Assembly: GCA_023920165.1 (NCBI GenBank)
Contig: CP089275.1
Location: 4,340,001 to 4,404,000, forward strand
From: Curvularia clavata
Lineage: Eukaryota
Length of the DNA: 64,000 nucleotides
Direction of reading: 5' to 3'
This document shows, piece after piece, positions 62,031-64,000 of the stretch. A program made the position numbers and the translations under genes. How positions within the stretch are numbered: the first letter of the stretch is position 1; the number at the start of each line of letters is the position of its first letter. The notes under the pieces are model-generated. The model saw nothing but the letters and a program-made list of their open reading frames with translations, was not told the DNA's origin and ran no database searches.

Positions 62031-64000
62031 ATGGTCTCTCAAGCGCCTCTATCCGCCGACTCGTCGCGCGACCCATCACCACAAAGCCGCCCCGAGCCCT
62101 ACGACCCTTTCCGCTCCGAATCAGACCCCATCGAACTTGCCCACCTCTCTAGACCCTCCCTCGACGGCAGCGACACGTACGGCAGCCATGGGCGCTCCCC
62201 GCCTCAGGACTTGGGGCAACGCACCCGCGATGGCCAACGCCCTGCCCTCAACTTTGGCTTCTCACAACAAAGTACAGAGTACGAACCCGTTCACCAGCGA
62301 AATGGCAGCTCCAGTCGGCCCTCTCTCTTCTCAAAGGGAGAGTCGTCATACACAATCAATCGGATGCTGTACAACAGCAAATCGAGAGACGCCGATACCC
62401 AAGCCCTAGTGGACCGGAGATCGGGAGAGCTGGCGCAATGGCATATCTACTGGACGACCCCCGCCCTTATTCTACTGCTGTTCCTGTCTGGTTTCGCTGC
62501 GGCAGTGGGCCATCATATGTTCTATTCACATCTCAATGGCGAGCCGGCTACAGCACAGCTGAAAATGGTCAGATATGGCACAGCGCTGGCCTTTTTCGTC
62601 AAAAGCACGCTTGCCGGGGCTGTCATCATGTGCAATCGTCAGCGCATCTGGTATACGTTTCGACGAAAAGCCATGACCATCAACGGCATCGACGGCCTAT
62701 TCTCGGCAACAGAAGACCCTACGCAGTTCTTCTTGAACTGGGAGATGACTCGAAATGGCAAGCTGGCAACACTAATGGCTGCTTGCACATGGTTGATCCC
62801 ACTAGCTTCTGTTCTTTCTCCAGCCTCGCTCACGTCCCAACTCCGTACCCTGCATGAGAATGGTACCTGCTCGGTGGGTAACCTCGACTTTGGCCAGGAG
62901 GCTACCTATGATTTTCGAGACACAAAAGACTTTTACAAGAAGTCTCTGAGTTTCTCCAACACAACCGACATCAAAGCTCAGCAACCAGGATGGTTTGATT
63001 ATTATGACCAGCCGTCCAAGGCCGCTCGGCGCCTGGCCTTCAGCAGCGTATACACCCAGAAGCCTCAGGCCCGTGATAGGGCGTCTGCATCGTTTTGTGG
63101 TCAGAGCTGGAACTGCACTTTTTCAATCAATTTCTTGGGACCAGGATACAAATGCGATGATATTAATGCCGGTGATGGCACCAAGACACCGTTTTCCATG
63201 GACTTACTGGCGCCAAAAGGAAACTTCACCTATTTTGCGGACGTAGATGAGGGTGACTATGGCTACCAGGACCCCGATGGTGACAAAGACACTCTAGGGG
63301 TCTTTAAGAGCGAGCCCAGCCTCTGGATAGGCTACGCGATCAATACCTCTGAGCCATACGAGCCGGATTCTCCCTACTACGCAACATGGGGAAATGTCCA
63401 CGAACCGAAAATGTTCAGATGCGTCATGCACTACACCAACTACACTTTTGAGATGAAATACGACCCAAAACAAAACGTAACTCGCAAACAGCGTGATTTT
63501 CTTGATCCAGTAATAGACACTACGGTTGAGTGGGACGACAACACAAAGAAGTGGACGGCCTCTCCGGAAAAGAACTTTATACGACCCACTGATGTTAGCA
63601 AATACAAGGTGACGAGTACCTATCATACGCTTGGTCTGCTCCTACGGGGCTTCCTTCGAGGCAAAATCGAGAAGAACAACGTCCTGATTACCTACACTGA
63701 TCTGTCTGAAACACGGCTGGTCAATAGCAGCACATCGTACCCGTTGGTCGACCTAAAGACCGAGATGCAAGACCTCTTTGAAGACATGCTCATCACGCTA
63801 CTCAGCGAACCGCTCCTCGTCGCCGCCAAAACCCAAGACGTGCCTTGCGACAAATCCCGCACCATGATGGTCTACGTATACTACATGCAATCCCTATGGG
63901 TTGGCTACGCCATTGTCATCGCCGTAACCTTTGCCTTCGTCCTCGTCGGCGCATGGTCCCTGTACAAAAACGGCGTCGCTTCCGATGTCCTCTTCTCCCG
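62031..64000 (+). CDS. Multi-pass fungal membrane protein of unknown function (family often labelled formylmethionine deformylase-like); runs off the window edge
   Basis: Frame from ATG 62031 appears open to the window end; AVGHHMFYSHLNG, RYGTALAFFVK, QRIWYTFRRK, IDGLF, TWLIPLASVLSPASL; late TM LWVGYAIVI..YKNGV. Confidence 0.8.
   Translation, partial: MVSQAPLSADSSRDPSPQSRPEPYDPFRSESDPIELAHLSRPSLDGSDTYGSHGRSPPQDLGQRTRDGQRPALNFGFSQQSTEYEPVHQRNGSSSRPSLFSKGESSYTINRMLYNSKSRDADTQALVDRRSGELAQWHIYWTTPALILLLFLSGFAAAVGHHMFYSHLNGEPATAQLKMVRYGTALAFFVKSTLAGAVIMCNRQRIWYTFRRKAMTINGIDGLFSATEDPTQFFLNWEMTRNGKLATLMAACTWLIPLASVLSPASLTSQLRTLHENGTCSVGNLDFGQEATYDFRDTKDFYKKSLSFSNTTDIKAQQPGWFDYYDQPSKAARRLAFSSVYTQKPQARDRASASFCGQSWNCTFSINFLGPGYKCDDINAGDGTKTPFSMDLLAPKGNFTYFADVDEGDYGYQDPDGDKDTLGVFKSEPSLWIGYAINTSEPYEPDSPYYATWGNVHEPKMFRCVMHYTNYTFEMKYDPKQNVTRKQRDFLDPVIDTTVEWDDNTKKWTASPEKNFIRPTDVSKYKVTSTYHTLGLLLRGFLRGKIEKNNVLITYTDLSETRLVNSSTSYPLVDLKTEMQDLFEDMLITLLSEPLLVAAKTQDVPCDKSRTMMVYVYYMQSLWVGYAIVIAVTFAFVLVGAWSLYKNGVASDVLFS

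Noticed and set aside
1..64000. Transposons, CRISPR arrays, tRNA genes, TPP riboswitch, secondary-metabolite cluster
   Set aside because: No transposase or reverse transcriptase motifs, terminal repeats, spaced direct repeats, cloverleaf, TPP aptamer core or PKS/NRPS domains were recognised by eye; tRNAscan-SE and RepeatMasker runs would be needed to exclude them.

Overview
Eukaryotic, intron-containing DNA from a filamentous ascomycete (GT..CTRAC..YAG introns of about 50-170 nt; protein style suggests Dothideomycetes/Pleosporales, which is an inference). The window is gene-dense core genome with about 28 protein genes, many in head-to-head pairs. They include the complex I ESSS subunit (partial), an APH-like kinase, SSP120, ELP4, BUB3, GPN2, CHMP7-like, DHX35-like helicase, SPC25, RRN6, DUF3237, hamartin/TSC1, an SGNH esterase, TAP42, Dicer-like 1, a GH72 glucanosyltransferase, MTR3, ANP1, a GBF/Gea ARF-GEF, a secreted cupredoxin, PP2A catalytic subunit, ULP1, an MDR dehydrogenase and a partial membrane protein. 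The ORF track misses several non-coding elements. (1) A dispersed, sequence-divergent 5S rRNA gene with an upstream TATA. (2) A spliced non-coding host gene at about 42.5-43.6 kb, divergent from exosome gene MTR3; its four introns carry snR55/U33, snR61/U38 and two longer (~210 nt) structured C/D-like RNAs I cannot assign. (3) A structured ncRNA candidate at about 7.4-7.7 kb. Two apparent pseudogenes and a perfect 30-bp promoter palindrome are also present. No transposon or CRISPR was seen. All family calls come from motif recognition without database searches, and exon boundaries were read by eye.
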